Of a stretch of DNA of 64,000 nucleotides, positions 19,147-28,075 are shown in pieces. The stretch covers positions 5,526-69,525 of the forward strand of contig DASZNA010000072.1 of the NCBI GenBank assembly GCA_035551655.1, given 5' to 3'. Position numbers and translations under genes: made by a program. How positions within the stretch are numbered: position 1 is the stretch's first letter; each line of letters begins with the position of its first letter. Below the pieces are notes generated by a model. That model was not told the DNA's origin, searched no databases, and worked only from the letters and a program-made list of their open reading frames with translations. The DNA is from Solirubrobacteraceae bacterium (lineage in GTDB: Bacteria > Actinomycetota > Thermoleophilia > Solirubrobacterales > Solirubrobacteraceae).

Positions 19147-19333
19147 ACGCTTCGGAGCGGCCCGATCCGCTCCACTGTCCCTAGCGCGGTTCTGGAGGGA
19201 GGTCCAAAGCCCGCATGTCAAGATGACAATCGGCGGCCGGATCGGCTACTAGACCTTTATGCACCGGCACCTGGAAAAACGTCTAAGCCGGTGTGAGGAG
19301 GGCATGACGGGGCCGGGGCCGGGTCAGCACGGA

Positions 19334-19364
19334 GGCCGGGGAGCGCTGGCGTCGCTCCCCGGCC
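19334..19364 (-). terminator. GC-rich hairpin downstream of the small minus-strand ORF
   Basis: 12-bp stem GGCCGGGGAGCG/CGCTCCCCGGCC, 8 nt after the stop at 19373. Confidence 0.5.
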
Positions 19365-19372
19365 CCGGTCCG

Positions 19373-19579
19373 TCAGTCAAACGTCCGTTTGAGGTACTCG
19401 TAAGGCTTGGATGGGATGGTCTGGGGTGTGTCGAGCTGGAGTCGCGCGACGCGGTAGCGACGGACCGACATCTGCCCATCGCTCTCCTGCGAGGTGCCGG
19501 TTGGCACCAGGATGATCCTCCGGGCGGAAAGTGGTGATCTCATGGACAGGATGATCGGCGCTCGAGCTTTCACAGGCAT
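19373..19579 (-). CDS. Small hypothetical protein (68 aa; alternative ATG at 19543 gives 56 aa)
   Basis: Occupies an otherwise empty gap, has GC-biased third positions in its 3' half and is followed by a hairpin. Confidence 0.45.
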   Translation of the reverse strand: MPVKARAPIILSMRSPLSARRIILVPTGTSQESDGQMSVRRYRVARLQLDTPQTIPSKPYEYLKRTFD

Positions 19580-19650
19580 TGGCCACACGTACAGACTTCG
19601 TAAGAGTCAGCCGGCCGGGTGGCTACCGCCCCGAACCGGGCTTCGCCAGG

Positions 19651-19666
19651 CGTAATCCCCGTTACT
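19651..19666. promoter_or_regulatory. Palindromic operator CGTAA-N6-TTAC (site 1, NiCoT promoter)
   Basis: CGTAATCCCCGTTACT, upstream of a -10-like TAGCGT (19689) and GTG start (19703); 14/16 identical to the site at 35314. Confidence 0.65.
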
Positions 19667-19702
19667 TGTCAGCCATCAGGGGCTTCTCTAGCGTGTCCGG
19701 AC

Positions 19703-20812
19703 GTGGCGACACTCGTCAAAAGCCGCCGCCGGCGAGGCGTCCTCGAGTCGCTCGACACAGCTCAGCGGCGCTCGGCCGTGATGATGGCTGGCGTGATCCT
19801 GACCCTCCACGTGATCGGCTTCTTTCTCTTGATCGCCGTGGTCCTTCCCGGCCACTACGCGCTGGGCGCCGGCACATTCACGATCGGCATCGGGATCACC
19901 GCCTACACGCTGGGCATGCGCCACGCCTTCGATGCCGACCACATCGCGGCCATCGACAACACCACGCGCAAGTTGATGTCCGAGGGCAAGCGCCCGCTCA
20001 CGGTGGGCTTCTGGTTCTCCCTGGGCCACTCGACGATCGTGTTCGCGCTGGCCTTCCTGATCTCGGTGGGGATCCGCTCCCTGGACGGGCCGGTCAAGCA
20101 CGGGGGCTCGAGCCTCCACCAGGTGACGGGCTGGATCGGCGCCACGGTGTCGGGCTCCTTCCTGTACCTGATCGCCGCGCTGAACCTGGTCATCCTGTTC
20201 GGGATCCTGCGCGTGTTCCGCGAGATGCGCACCGGTCACTACGACGAGCGCGCCCTGGAGCGCCAGCTCCAGCAGCGCGGCCTGATGAATCGGTTGCTCG
20301 GGCGCGTCAATCGGGGCGTCCAGCGGCCCAGCCAGATGTATCCCGTAGGCCTCCTCTTCGGGCTGGGCTTCGACACGGCCAGCGAGGTGGCCCTGCTGGT
20401 CATCGCCGGGAGCGCAGGAGCGGCCGGGCTGCCCTGGTACGGCGTCCTCTGCCTGCCCATCCTGTTCGCCGCGGGCATGTCGCTGCTCGACTCGCTGGAC
20501 GGCTCGTTCATGAACCTGGCCTACGGCTGGGCACTGGGCCGCCCGGTGCGCCGGGTCTACTACAACCTGACGATCACGGCGCTGTCCGTGGTGGTCGCGC
20601 TGGTGGTGGGCACGATTGAGCTCGGCGGGCTGGTCGCCCAGCACCTGTCGGGGTCCTTCTGGTCCTGGCTGGCCGGGCTCAACCTGAACCTGCTCGGTTA
20701 CGTGATCGTCGGGCTGTTCGTGCTCACCTGGGCGGGCGCCCTGACCGTGTGGCGGGTCGGCCATTTCGAGCAACGTTGGACCGCTGACTTCCAGGAGCCT
20801 GGAAGTACCTGA
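19703..20812 (+). CDS. HoxN/HupN/NixA (NiCoT) high-affinity nickel/cobalt permease
   Basis: Signature RHAFDADHIAAIDN, FSLGHSTIV and LFGLGFDTASE. Confidence 0.95.
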   Translation: MATLVKSRRRRGVLESLDTAQRRSAVMMAGVILTLHVIGFFLLIAVVLPGHYALGAGTFTIGIGITAYTLGMRHAFDADHIAAIDNTTRKLMSEGKRPLTVGFWFSLGHSTIVFALAFLISVGIRSLDGPVKHGGSSLHQVTGWIGATVSGSFLYLIAALNLVILFGILRVFREMRTGHYDERALERQLQQRGLMNRLLGRVNRGVQRPSQMYPVGLLFGLGFDTASEVALLVIAGSAGAAGLPWYGVLCLPILFAAGMSLLDSLDGSFMNLAYGWALGRPVRRVYYNLTITALSVVVALVVGTIELGGLVAQHLSGSFWSWLAGLNLNLLGYVIVGLFVLTWAGALTVWRVGHFEQRWTADFQEPGST

Positions 20813-20833
20813 CCTCGGGGTAGCCTTCCGTCC

Positions 20834-21172
20834 ATGACGGTGAAGGTCGTCTTCCGCTGCGAGGTGTGCGGGTCCGAGCCCGATCCCGAGACTCGCCTCG
20901 CCCTCGAGCACCAGCTCCTCGATCTGCGCCACGGCGAGTACGTGGACGCCGACCCAGGGCGCTGGCTCACCTGGCACGGCCGGGGCATCTACGGGCCGCG
21001 GCGCTACGCCTGCGGCGAGCATCGCGGCGAGCTCAAGGCCCACCTGCGCGAGCACTACGGCAACCTCGGGTGGCATCCCTGGGCCAAGGGTCCCCACCCG
21101 TGGGCGGGCCGGCGCGGCACCGACCGAGCGCGGCGCCTGGCTCGCACCGTCTCGGGCGTCCCGCTGATCTAG
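20834..21172 (+). CDS. Hypothetical Cys/His-rich putative metal-binding protein
   Basis: CEVC ... CGEH plus several His; strong codon bias; 21 nt after the NiCoT stop. Confidence 0.75.
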   Translation: MTVKVVFRCEVCGSEPDPETRLALEHQLLDLRHGEYVDADPGRWLTWHGRGIYGPRRYACGEHRGELKAHLREHYGNLGWHPWAKGPHPWAGRRGTDRARRLARTVSGVPLI

Positions 21173-21435
21173 AGCAGCGAGCCCATCCAGAGGCGCCCGG
21201 CCAGCTGGCTCAGCTCCTCCTCGGGTAGCGCGGACACGGTGCCCACCCCCGCCCGCTCCATGCGCACACTGAGCTCGCGCCAGGCCATCGCCACCGGCAG
21301 GACCCGCGCCGTCGGTCCGAAGCCCACCGCGGAGCGGAGCTCGTCCGCGCGGGCCCGCACCGCCTCCAGGCTCAGCGCCCCGAAGGGCACGTTCTCGCCC
21401 TGGCTGAACACCGGACGCTCGAGGAGGTCGCTCAC
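21169..21435 (-). CDS. Hypothetical protein, last gene of the hydrogenase operon
   Basis: GTGA overlap with the hypF stop; good codon bias. Confidence 0.75.
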   Translation of the reverse strand: MSDLLERPVFSQGENVPFGALSLEAVRARADELRSAVGFGPTARVLPVAMAWRELSVRMERAGVGTVSALPEEELSQLAGRLWMGSLL

Positions 21436-23669
21436 AGCTGGACTCCCGCGACCGCCGCCTGCCCATAGGAGATGCCGCCGTCGCCGGGTGGAAGCCGGCG
21501 GGGCACCAGCACCCGCAGCCCCCGGGCCCGGAGCTCGCCGGCCACCTGTCCGAGCAGCCGCCGGTTCAGGAACACCCCGCCGCTCAGCACGACGAGGTCA
21601 GTGCCGTTGGTGGAGGCGGCCTCCCAGGCCGCCTCCACGGTGGCCAGCGCGAGTCCGGCATGGAACCGCGCCGCCAGGGCATGGACTGGTGTTCCGCGAC
21701 CCACGTCGCGGACGATCTTGCGGACCATCGGCCGGGGATCCAGGGTGATCAGGCCGCCTGCCGCTGAGACGTCGATCGGATAGGGGGGCTCCACCCCCTG
21801 CGCCACCCGCTCCAGCTCGATGGCCGCCTGTCCCTCGTAGTTGACGCCCTGGCGTACGCCGCACAGAGCCGCCACGGCGTCGAACAGCCGGCCGACGCTG
21901 CTGGTCAGGGGAGCCAGGCGCCGATCGGATCCTCTGGCCAGCACCGTTACCGCCCGCCAGCGGGCGGGGTCGATGCCCGCGAGCGTCCGGGGGGCCGGCG
22001 CCTCGGCCTCGGCCAGCCAGGCCGCGGCCATCCGCCAGGGCTGGCGGACGGCTCGCTCGCCGCCGGGCAGGGCCACCGGACGCAGGGTGCCCACACGGCG
22101 GAACTTCCGCAGATCGCCCAGCAGGATCTCCCCGCCCCAGACGGTCCCGTCCGGTCCCCAGCCGGACCCGTCGTAGATCACCCCGACCGCCGGTCCGGGC
22201 TCGGCATGCTCGGCCAGCACGGCGGCCAGATGGGCGTGGTGGTGCTGAACCTCGATCAGCCGCACATCCGTCTGCTCGAGGGCGTACTTGGTCGAGAGGT
22301 ACTCGGGGTGCAGGTCGTGGACCACGACCTGGGGACGAACGTCGAACAGGCGCTCGAGGTGCTCGATCCCCTCGGTGAACGAGCACAGCGTCTCGTAGTT
22401 GTGCAGGTCACCGATGTGGTGGCTGACCCAGGCCCGCTCGCTCTTGGCCAGGCAGAAGGTGCTCTTGAGCTCGGCCCCGCAGGCCAGCAGCGGCTGCTTG
22501 GTCCCTCCGGGCAGGGGCAGGCTGTCCGGCACGTAGCCGCGGGAGCGCCGGACGAACACGGGCTGCGCGTCCACCACGCGCACGACCGAATCGTCGGTGC
22601 GCGTCTCGATCGGGCGGTCGTGGGTGAGAAAGAGGTCGGCCAGCGGCGCCAGCCGTTCGGTGGCGTCCCCGTCGGTGAACGCGATCGGCTCGTCGGACAC
22701 GTTGCCGCTGGTCAGCACGAGCGGCCGGCCGAGGTCGCTCAGCAGGAGGTGGTGAAGCGGCGAGTAGGGGAGCATCAGACCGAGCTCATCGGCACCGGGG
22801 GCCACCGATCCGGCCACGTCGGCGTCTGCGCGCCGCCGGGCCAGGACGATCGGGCGCTCGCGGGAGAGGAGCAGCGCTCGCTCCGCCTCGCCCAGCTCGG
22901 CCAGCTGCTCGGCGGCCTGCAGCGTGGGCACCATCAGCGCGAATGGCTTGTCCTCGCGATGCTTGCGCGCCCGCAGCCGGGCCACGGCGTCTTCATCGTC
23001 GGCCCGGCAGGCCAGGTGGTAGCCGCCGACCCCCTTGATCGCCACGACGGCGCCGTGCTCGAGCGCGGACACCGTCGTGCTCAGCGGCTCGCCCGGGCCC
23101 CCCACCAGGGAGAGGGACGGACCGCAGGCCGGGCAGGCGTTGGGTTGGGCATGAAAGCGCCGGTCGGCCGGGTCGTCATATTCGGCGCGGCAGTGCTCGC
23201 ACATTTGAAATCCGGCCATCGTCGTCAGCGGCCGGTCGTAGGGAACGCCGCGCACGATCGTGAACCGAGGTCCGCAGTTGGTGCAGTTGATGAACGGATA
23301 GCGGTAGCGGCGATCGGCGGGGTCGAACAGCTCGCGCAGACAGTCCCCACACGTAGTGGTGTCCGGTGTGATGGGCGCCGATGCCGGGCCTCCTGCAGGG
23401 CTGGCCCGGATCGTGAATTCGTGGTCTCCTTCCGGAAGACGGCCTTCGCGGACCACGCGCTCGACCAAGGCCAGCGGCGGCGCGTCTGCCTCGAGCCGGG
23501 AGAAGAACTCGTTCACCGGATGGGCTGCGCCCTCCACTTCAAGCAGGACCCCGTCGCAATCGTTGAGCACCCAGCCGCCCAAGCCGAGCTCGTGGCTGAG
23601 CCGGTACACGTAGGGGCGAAAGCCCACGCCCTGCACGGTCCCCTCCACCCGAGCCCGGACGCGCATCAC
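21432..23669 (-). CDS. hypF: Carbamoyltransferase HypF
   Basis: GTVQGVGFRP, two CxxC-x18-CxxC zinc fingers, QHHHAH and PPGDGGISYGQ. Confidence 0.97.
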   Translation of the reverse strand: MMRVRARVEGTVQGVGFRPYVYRLSHELGLGGWVLNDCDGVLLEVEGAAHPVNEFFSRLEADAPPLALVERVVREGRLPEGDHEFTIRASPAGGPASAPITPDTTTCGDCLRELFDPADRRYRYPFINCTNCGPRFTIVRGVPYDRPLTTMAGFQMCEHCRAEYDDPADRRFHAQPNACPACGPSLSLVGGPGEPLSTTVSALEHGAVVAIKGVGGYHLACRADDEDAVARLRARKHREDKPFALMVPTLQAAEQLAELGEAERALLLSRERPIVLARRRADADVAGSVAPGADELGLMLPYSPLHHLLLSDLGRPLVLTSGNVSDEPIAFTDGDATERLAPLADLFLTHDRPIETRTDDSVVRVVDAQPVFVRRSRGYVPDSLPLPGGTKQPLLACGAELKSTFCLAKSERAWVSHHIGDLHNYETLCSFTEGIEHLERLFDVRPQVVVHDLHPEYLSTKYALEQTDVRLIEVQHHHAHLAAVLAEHAEPGPAVGVIYDGSGWGPDGTVWGGEILLGDLRKFRRVGTLRPVALPGGERAVRQPWRMAAAWLAEAEAPAPRTLAGIDPARWRAVTVLARGSDRRLAPLTSSVGRLFDAVAALCGVRQGVNYEGQAAIELERVAQGVEPPYPIDVSAAGGLITLDPRPMVRKIVRDVGRGTPVHALAARFHAGLALATVEAAWEAASTNGTDLVVLSGGVFLNRRLLGQVAGELRARGLRVLVPRRLPPGDGGISYGQAAVAGVQL

Positions 23670-24808
23670 GACACCAGCTCCCGGAGCACGTGGTAGGCGC
23701 TGGCCTGGGCCTCCTGAATGCGGGGGATGTGCTCGGATCCGACCACCACGACGTGGTCGGCCAACTGCTCACGGGCGATCGCCCCGCCGCCGTAGCCGAC
23801 CATCGCGATCGTGACCAACTCGCGGCTCCGGGCCTCGGCCAGCGCCGCCAGGACATTGGCCGACCCCCCCGAGGTGGAGAACGCGATCAGCACGTCCCCC
23901 GGCTGCCCATAGGCGATCACCTGGCGCAGGAAGATCGCCTCGGGACCGATGTCGTTGGCGATTGCCGTGAGGATCCCCGCGTCGTCGGTCAGGTCGATGG
24001 CCGGGTGCCCGGTTGCGCGGAAGTCGGCCACCACGTCCATGGCGTCGGTGGCCGAGCCGCCGTTGCCCAGCGCCAGCAGCTTCCCGCCCCGGTCAAACGA
24101 GCGGCGCAGGGCATCCGCCGCCGCCTCGAGCACGCCGGCGTTCTCGGTCAGGGTGAGCTCGCGCAGCTCGCTGATCTCCTCCGACTTCATGAGCACAGAG
24201 CGACGCACGTCGTCCATGACGGTCTCGAGATTCTTCTCCCGCTCGTCCAGGAACGGGTAGAGGAAGGCCGACGCGCCCGCGTCATGCTGCTGGCGTTCCG
24301 CCCGTCCCTCCAGGAGCCCGCGGTGCTCGAAGAAGACGTGGACCAGCTCCCAGAGCACGTGGTAGAGCGTCTCCACCAGCTCCTGGGCCAGGTCCGGGTC
24401 CTCTTCGTCGGGCGAGAACTCCCACTCGGCGCCGCTCTGCGCCTTAAAGGCCACGGTTAACGCCCCCCGCTCGGCGGCGGCGGACAGGGCGCCGCGAGTG
24501 TCCGGCCCGAAGGCGAACACGATGTCCTGCGCCCGGGCCAGCATCCCGGTCTCCGCGCTCAGCGCCTCCGCGTCGCCGACCAGGGCCAGGGCGGGCAGCG
24601 CGCGCTTGCCGACAATCACCGGATGCACGAACTCAACCGCCACGTGGCGAGCGTCCGACCGCGCGGGTGCCGTGGCGGCCACGGCCAGCAGCCGGCCGCC
24701 CTGGGCGAACCGCTCGGCCATGCGGTGACAGAGGCGGGCCAGCACCTCGGCCTCGCGCTCGAAGAAGCGCGAGCCGGCCCGAACCCGCGCCTGGGCGGGA
24801 GCGCTCAG
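23666..24808 (-). CDS. Tandem SIS-domain (GmhA/phosphoheptose isomerase-like) hydrogenase-associated protein
   Basis: N-domain SDARHVAVEFVHP..QELVETLYH; C-domain GNGGSATDA, STSGGSAN and IQEAQ; start inferred at the CTG overlapping the hypB stop. Confidence 0.8.
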   Translation of the reverse strand: MSAPAQARVRAGSRFFEREAEVLARLCHRMAERFAQGGRLLAVAATAPARSDARHVAVEFVHPVIVGKRALPALALVGDAEALSAETGMLARAQDIVFAFGPDTRGALSAAAERGALTVAFKAQSGAEWEFSPDEEDPDLAQELVETLYHVLWELVHVFFEHRGLLEGRAERQQHDAGASAFLYPFLDEREKNLETVMDDVRRSVLMKSEEISELRELTLTENAGVLEAAADALRRSFDRGGKLLALGNGGSATDAMDVVADFRATGHPAIDLTDDAGILTAIANDIGPEAIFLRQVIAYGQPGDVLIAFSTSGGSANVLAALAEARSRELVTIAMVGYGGGAIAREQLADHVVVVGSEHIPRIQEAQASAYHVLRELVS

Positions 24809-25485
24809 ACCACCGCCGGCGTACGTAGCGCCACCTCCGCGAGCCAGTCCCGGAAGCCCTCCACGCCCTCGCCGGTCCGGGCGCTGAGGAGCAGCGTGGG
24901 CACGTCCGGGTGCACTTGGTCGACGTTGTAGAGGAGCCGGTCCAGGTCGAACTCGAGGTGGGGGAGGAGGTCGAGCTTGTTGATCACGACCACGTCGCAG
25001 GTGCGGAACATCAGCGGGTACTTGAGCGGCTTGTCCTCGCCCTCGGTGACCGAGCAGATCATCGCCCGCGCGTCCTCGCCGACCCGGAACTCCGCCGGGC
25101 ACACCAGGTTCCCCACGTTCTCGATGATCAGCAGATCGATGTCGTCGAGCGGTAGCGACGGCAGCGCGGTGCGCACCATGTTGGCGTCCAGGTGACACTC
25201 GCCGCCGAACGCGGGGGCCGTGTTCAGCTGGGTCACCGGAATGTGCAGACTGGCCAGCCGGTCGGCGTCCATCGAGCCCTGCACGTCACCCTCCAGCACG
25301 CCGACGCGCACATCCAAAAGCGACCCCACCGTGCGCTCGAGCAGCGACGTCTTGCCCGCCCCGGGCGCGCTCATCAGGTTGATCACGCTCACCCCGGCCC
25401 GATCGAAGTCGGCCCGGTTGGCGGTGGCGATCGTGTTGTTGGCGTCGAGTGCCTCTTCGACCACTGTCACCTTGGTGCGATGCAT
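24805..25485 (-). CDS. hypB: Nickel-insertion GTPase HypB
   Basis: SAPGAGKT, GECHLDA, ENVGNLVCPA and NKLDL. Confidence 0.97.
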   Translation of the reverse strand: MHRTKVTVVEEALDANNTIATANRADFDRAGVSVINLMSAPGAGKTSLLERTVGSLLDVRVGVLEGDVQGSMDADRLASLHIPVTQLNTAPAFGGECHLDANMVRTALPSLPLDDIDLLIIENVGNLVCPAEFRVGEDARAMICSVTEGEDKPLKYPLMFRTCDVVVINKLDLLPHLEFDLDRLLYNVDQVHPDVPTLLLSARTGEGVEGFRDWLAEVALRTPAVV

Positions 25486-25823
25486 GCCGCCTCCTCCACC
25501 TCGATCGATTCGACTTCGAACTCGTTTCCGCTGGCCACCCAGACATCGCTGCCCCCGCACGAGGGGCAGCGGAAGGCGGGGATCTCTATCGACCATTCCA
25601 GATCACAGCTCCGGCAGCCCAGCCGCGCCTCCACCACGACCTGCTCGAGCCGGGCACCCCCGCACAGCGTGCCCCGGGCGACGAACTCGAAATAGAACTC
25701 AAGCGAGTCCGGTACCACCTGACGCAGCTGCCCCACGCGCAGGTTGACCAGGGTCACCTGGCGCCCGCCGGCGTGCTTGACCGCGGTGTTGATCACGGCG
25801 CTCGACAGCGACAGCTCATGCAT
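25467..25823 (-). CDS. hypA: Nickel metallochaperone HypA
   Basis: MHELS start; CRSC and CPSC. Confidence 0.97.
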   Translation of the reverse strand: MHELSLSSAVINTAVKHAGGRQVTLVNLRVGQLRQVVPDSLEFYFEFVARGTLCGGARLEQVVVEARLGCRSCDLEWSIEIPAFRCPSCGGSDVWVASGNEFEVESIEVEEAACIAPR

Positions 25824-26304
25824 GGGCGGCCCGCAACTCCTCCAACGTGCTGATGACCACGTCTACGGCGCCCTCGATCGCCGCAGCCACCCGGTCGGTC
25901 AGACCCCAGCCCATTTCCTCCACGTCTCCGGGCTCGCAGGCGATCACGACGACCTTGCCGGGCCAGGCGTTGACAGAGCGGACGAACCGCAGCACCGTCT
26001 GGGGATCCATCGAATGAGGATTGATCACATCCCCGTCCTCGATCGCCCCGTCCACCGACTGCTCATCGGGCTCCATCACGTACAGCGTCCCGGGCTCGCC
26101 GCCCTGCTGGCTGACGTCGAGGATCACCAGCGCGTCGTAGCCGCGCATCACCTCGTAGGCCAGGTCCAGGCCGCCGGTGCCCGCGTCCATCACGCTGACG
26201 CCGGCCGGCAGTTCGCGCTCGCTCAGTCGGCGCGCCACCTCGCTGCCGAATCCGTCGTCGCGCAGCCAGGCGTTGCCGACGCCGGCCACCAGGATCGAGT
26301 TCAT
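25816..26304 (-). CDS. Hydrogenase maturation endopeptidase
   Basis: GVGNAWLRDDGFG, VILD and NPHSMDP. Confidence 0.93.
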   Translation of the reverse strand: MNSILVAGVGNAWLRDDGFGSEVARRLSERELPAGVSVMDAGTGGLDLAYEVMRGYDALVILDVSQQGGEPGTLYVMEPDEQSVDGAIEDGDVINPHSMDPQTVLRFVRSVNAWPGKVVVIACEPGDVEEMGWGLTDRVAAAIEGAVDVVISTLEELRAAHA

Positions 26305-27401
26305 ATGACCTCCACTTCAGGGGGGAAGAAGAACAGGTGCCGCCCGGTCTCCCGCAGCAGCTCCTGCCCGGGGTCGCCGTCGATCGTGACCCCCAGATGG
26401 ACCTTGCCGTCGTAGTCGATCAGGATCCGCTCGATCGTCGCCCGGCGCCCGGCCACCAGCCGGGCGTGCAGATCCGCGTCGGGACCTGGACGCAGGATCA
26501 CGTGGCCGCCGCGCTCGAAGCGGACTCCGTCGATGATCGTCTCGGACTCTCCTTGGGTCGGGTCGGGGAGATCCTCGGGCATGGCCGGAGGCTGGGTTGT
26601 CTCCGGGTCGCGCAGGGTTACCCGTCCGTGCAGTCCCATGATCTCCTCGGGCGTGGCCGCGGCCGCCCGCTGGATCATCTCCCGGACCGCAGGGTCGGCC
26701 GCCTCGATCTCCTCACGCTCGCTGTCGCTCAGCGCCTGTACGTGCAGGAGCAGCGCCTCTTCGATTTCTGTGGAGTCGAACAGGCCGCCCCGGCTCTCAG
26801 GAGCTAGTTGCGGGTGGTCGGGCAGGACGATCGTCGTCCCCAGCAGCTGCTCGTCGCGTTCGCCCAGGAGCACCGGATAGGTGTTGAGGCTGAGCCCGTC
26901 GACCTCGAGCGGAGAGAGGAACCGGCCCGCCGAGATCTCCACCAGCAGCTGAGTGGAGAGCAGCGAATGGCGCAGCGCCTGAGCGCGGTCGAGACCGCCC
27001 GGCACCTGACGCTCGTTGTGCACGCAGCAGCGAACCCGGGTCCGCCCGTCTTCAAGGATCTCGGAGCGGAGAGTCAGGCGGCCCCCCTCAAAGCTCACCG
27101 TGCACCGCTGGCCCACCGGCACGTCCGCAAGCGTCACCCGCTGTTCGGCTGCCTCGTGGCGCTCGCCGGAGGAGCTCAGGTAACGCAGCGTGGCGCTCAG
27201 GCAGGCGGCGGAACCCGCCTCGGCCACGCCGTCTAGCCGAGCGTGGTCGAAGGCCCCGGGGCACTCCTGCGCGTAGGCGGGCGGATACACGATCCCGAAC
27301 GGAGTCGGGGTGGCGTTTTTCGGGGCACTCGGCGTGTACGGATAGAGCGCGTAGCCTTCGTAGAGCAGCGACTCAATCAACTGCTCGGCCGTGCCCGTCA
27401 C
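26301..27401 (-). CDS. Conserved group 1h hydrogenase-associated hypothetical protein (HhaC-like)
   Basis: LLYEGYALYPY, PQLAPESRGGLFDSTEIEEAL and C-terminal HLFFFPPEVE; GTGA/ATGA overlaps. Confidence 0.8.
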   Translation of the reverse strand: MTGTAEQLIESLLYEGYALYPYTPSAPKNATPTPFGIVYPPAYAQECPGAFDHARLDGVAEAGSAACLSATLRYLSSSGERHEAAEQRVTLADVPVGQRCTVSFEGGRLTLRSEILEDGRTRVRCCVHNERQVPGGLDRAQALRHSLLSTQLLVEISAGRFLSPLEVDGLSLNTYPVLLGERDEQLLGTTIVLPDHPQLAPESRGGLFDSTEIEEALLLHVQALSDSEREEIEAADPAVREMIQRAAAATPEEIMGLHGRVTLRDPETTQPPAMPEDLPDPTQGESETIIDGVRFERGGHVILRPGPDADLHARLVAGRRATIERILIDYDGKVHLGVTIDGDPGQELLRETGRHLFFFPPEVEVI

Positions 27402-28075
27402 GTCGACGTCTCCTCCAGCAGCGCCGACAGGCAGGCGTCCAGGGTGGGCAGGCCACGGTGAAGCTTTTCGCGCTGAAGTGTCTGCAGCGTCTGCGTGCGC
27501 ACCCCCAGCCACGCCGTGTTGGGGTAGTAATGATCGATCGTCTCGCGCCACACCGACACCGGCATCCGAAAGTCGATCGAGGTGCTCCACGGCACCAGGG
27601 TCATCTGCAGGCCGCCGCTCTCAGCCGGGTAGTAGACGATCCCGTTGAAGTGCAGGGCCATCGGCGCGGCTCCGTCAGGCAGCGCCTGGAGGTACTTGGC
27701 CGCCGCCAGCTCGAGGTCATAATGACAGGCGATCGGGACGGGCACGGTCACCGATCCGGTAAAGGCCGGAACCACCACGTCCACCTGGGCGAACACCAGG
27801 TTGGTCGTGCTGACCACCCAGCGCTCGGGCGTCCCGAACAGCTCCAGGAGCCGCTCGCGCGTCTCTGCGTCATAGCTGCGCCGGGCCGGCTCGATGATCA
27901 CCTGGATGGTCAGGGCGATCATGTACACCGGCCGGCCGGCCGGCTCCTCCACCTGCAGGTCGATCATCAGCGTCGGAGCCGCCGCGTGACGCATCGCCCG
28001 CACGCCGACCACCTGGAATTCCGGCTCCGGGATAGAGGCCTGGGTTGGCGGCAGGCTGGGGGCCGCCGCGCTCAC
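27398..28075 (-). CDS. DUF6084-like hydrogenase-associated protein (HhaB-like)
   Basis: IEPARRSYD, LFGTPERW and YDLELAAAKY. Confidence 0.8.
   Translation of the reverse strand: MSAAAPSLPPTQASIPEPEFQVVGVRAMRHAAAPTLMIDLQVEEPAGRPVYMIALTIQVIIEPARRSYDAETRERLLELFGTPERWVVSTTNLVFAQVDVVVPAFTGSVTVPVPIACHYDLELAAAKYLQALPDGAAPMALHFNGIVYYPAESGGLQMTLVPWSTSIDFRMPVSVWRETIDHYYPNTAWLGVRTQTLQTLQREKLHRGLPTLDACLSALLEETST

Noticed and set aside
19590-19700. Possible NiCo or cobalamin riboswitch upstream of NiCoT
   Set aside because: No recognisable consensus; the gene appears leaderless and the region is better explained by the operator and -10 box
24809-25198. Track-extended N-termini (this SIS ORF, and the starts at 1802, 48201, 58494 and 59798)
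   Set aside because: Extensions overlap neighbouring genes or leaders; downstream starts with an SD or coupling fit better
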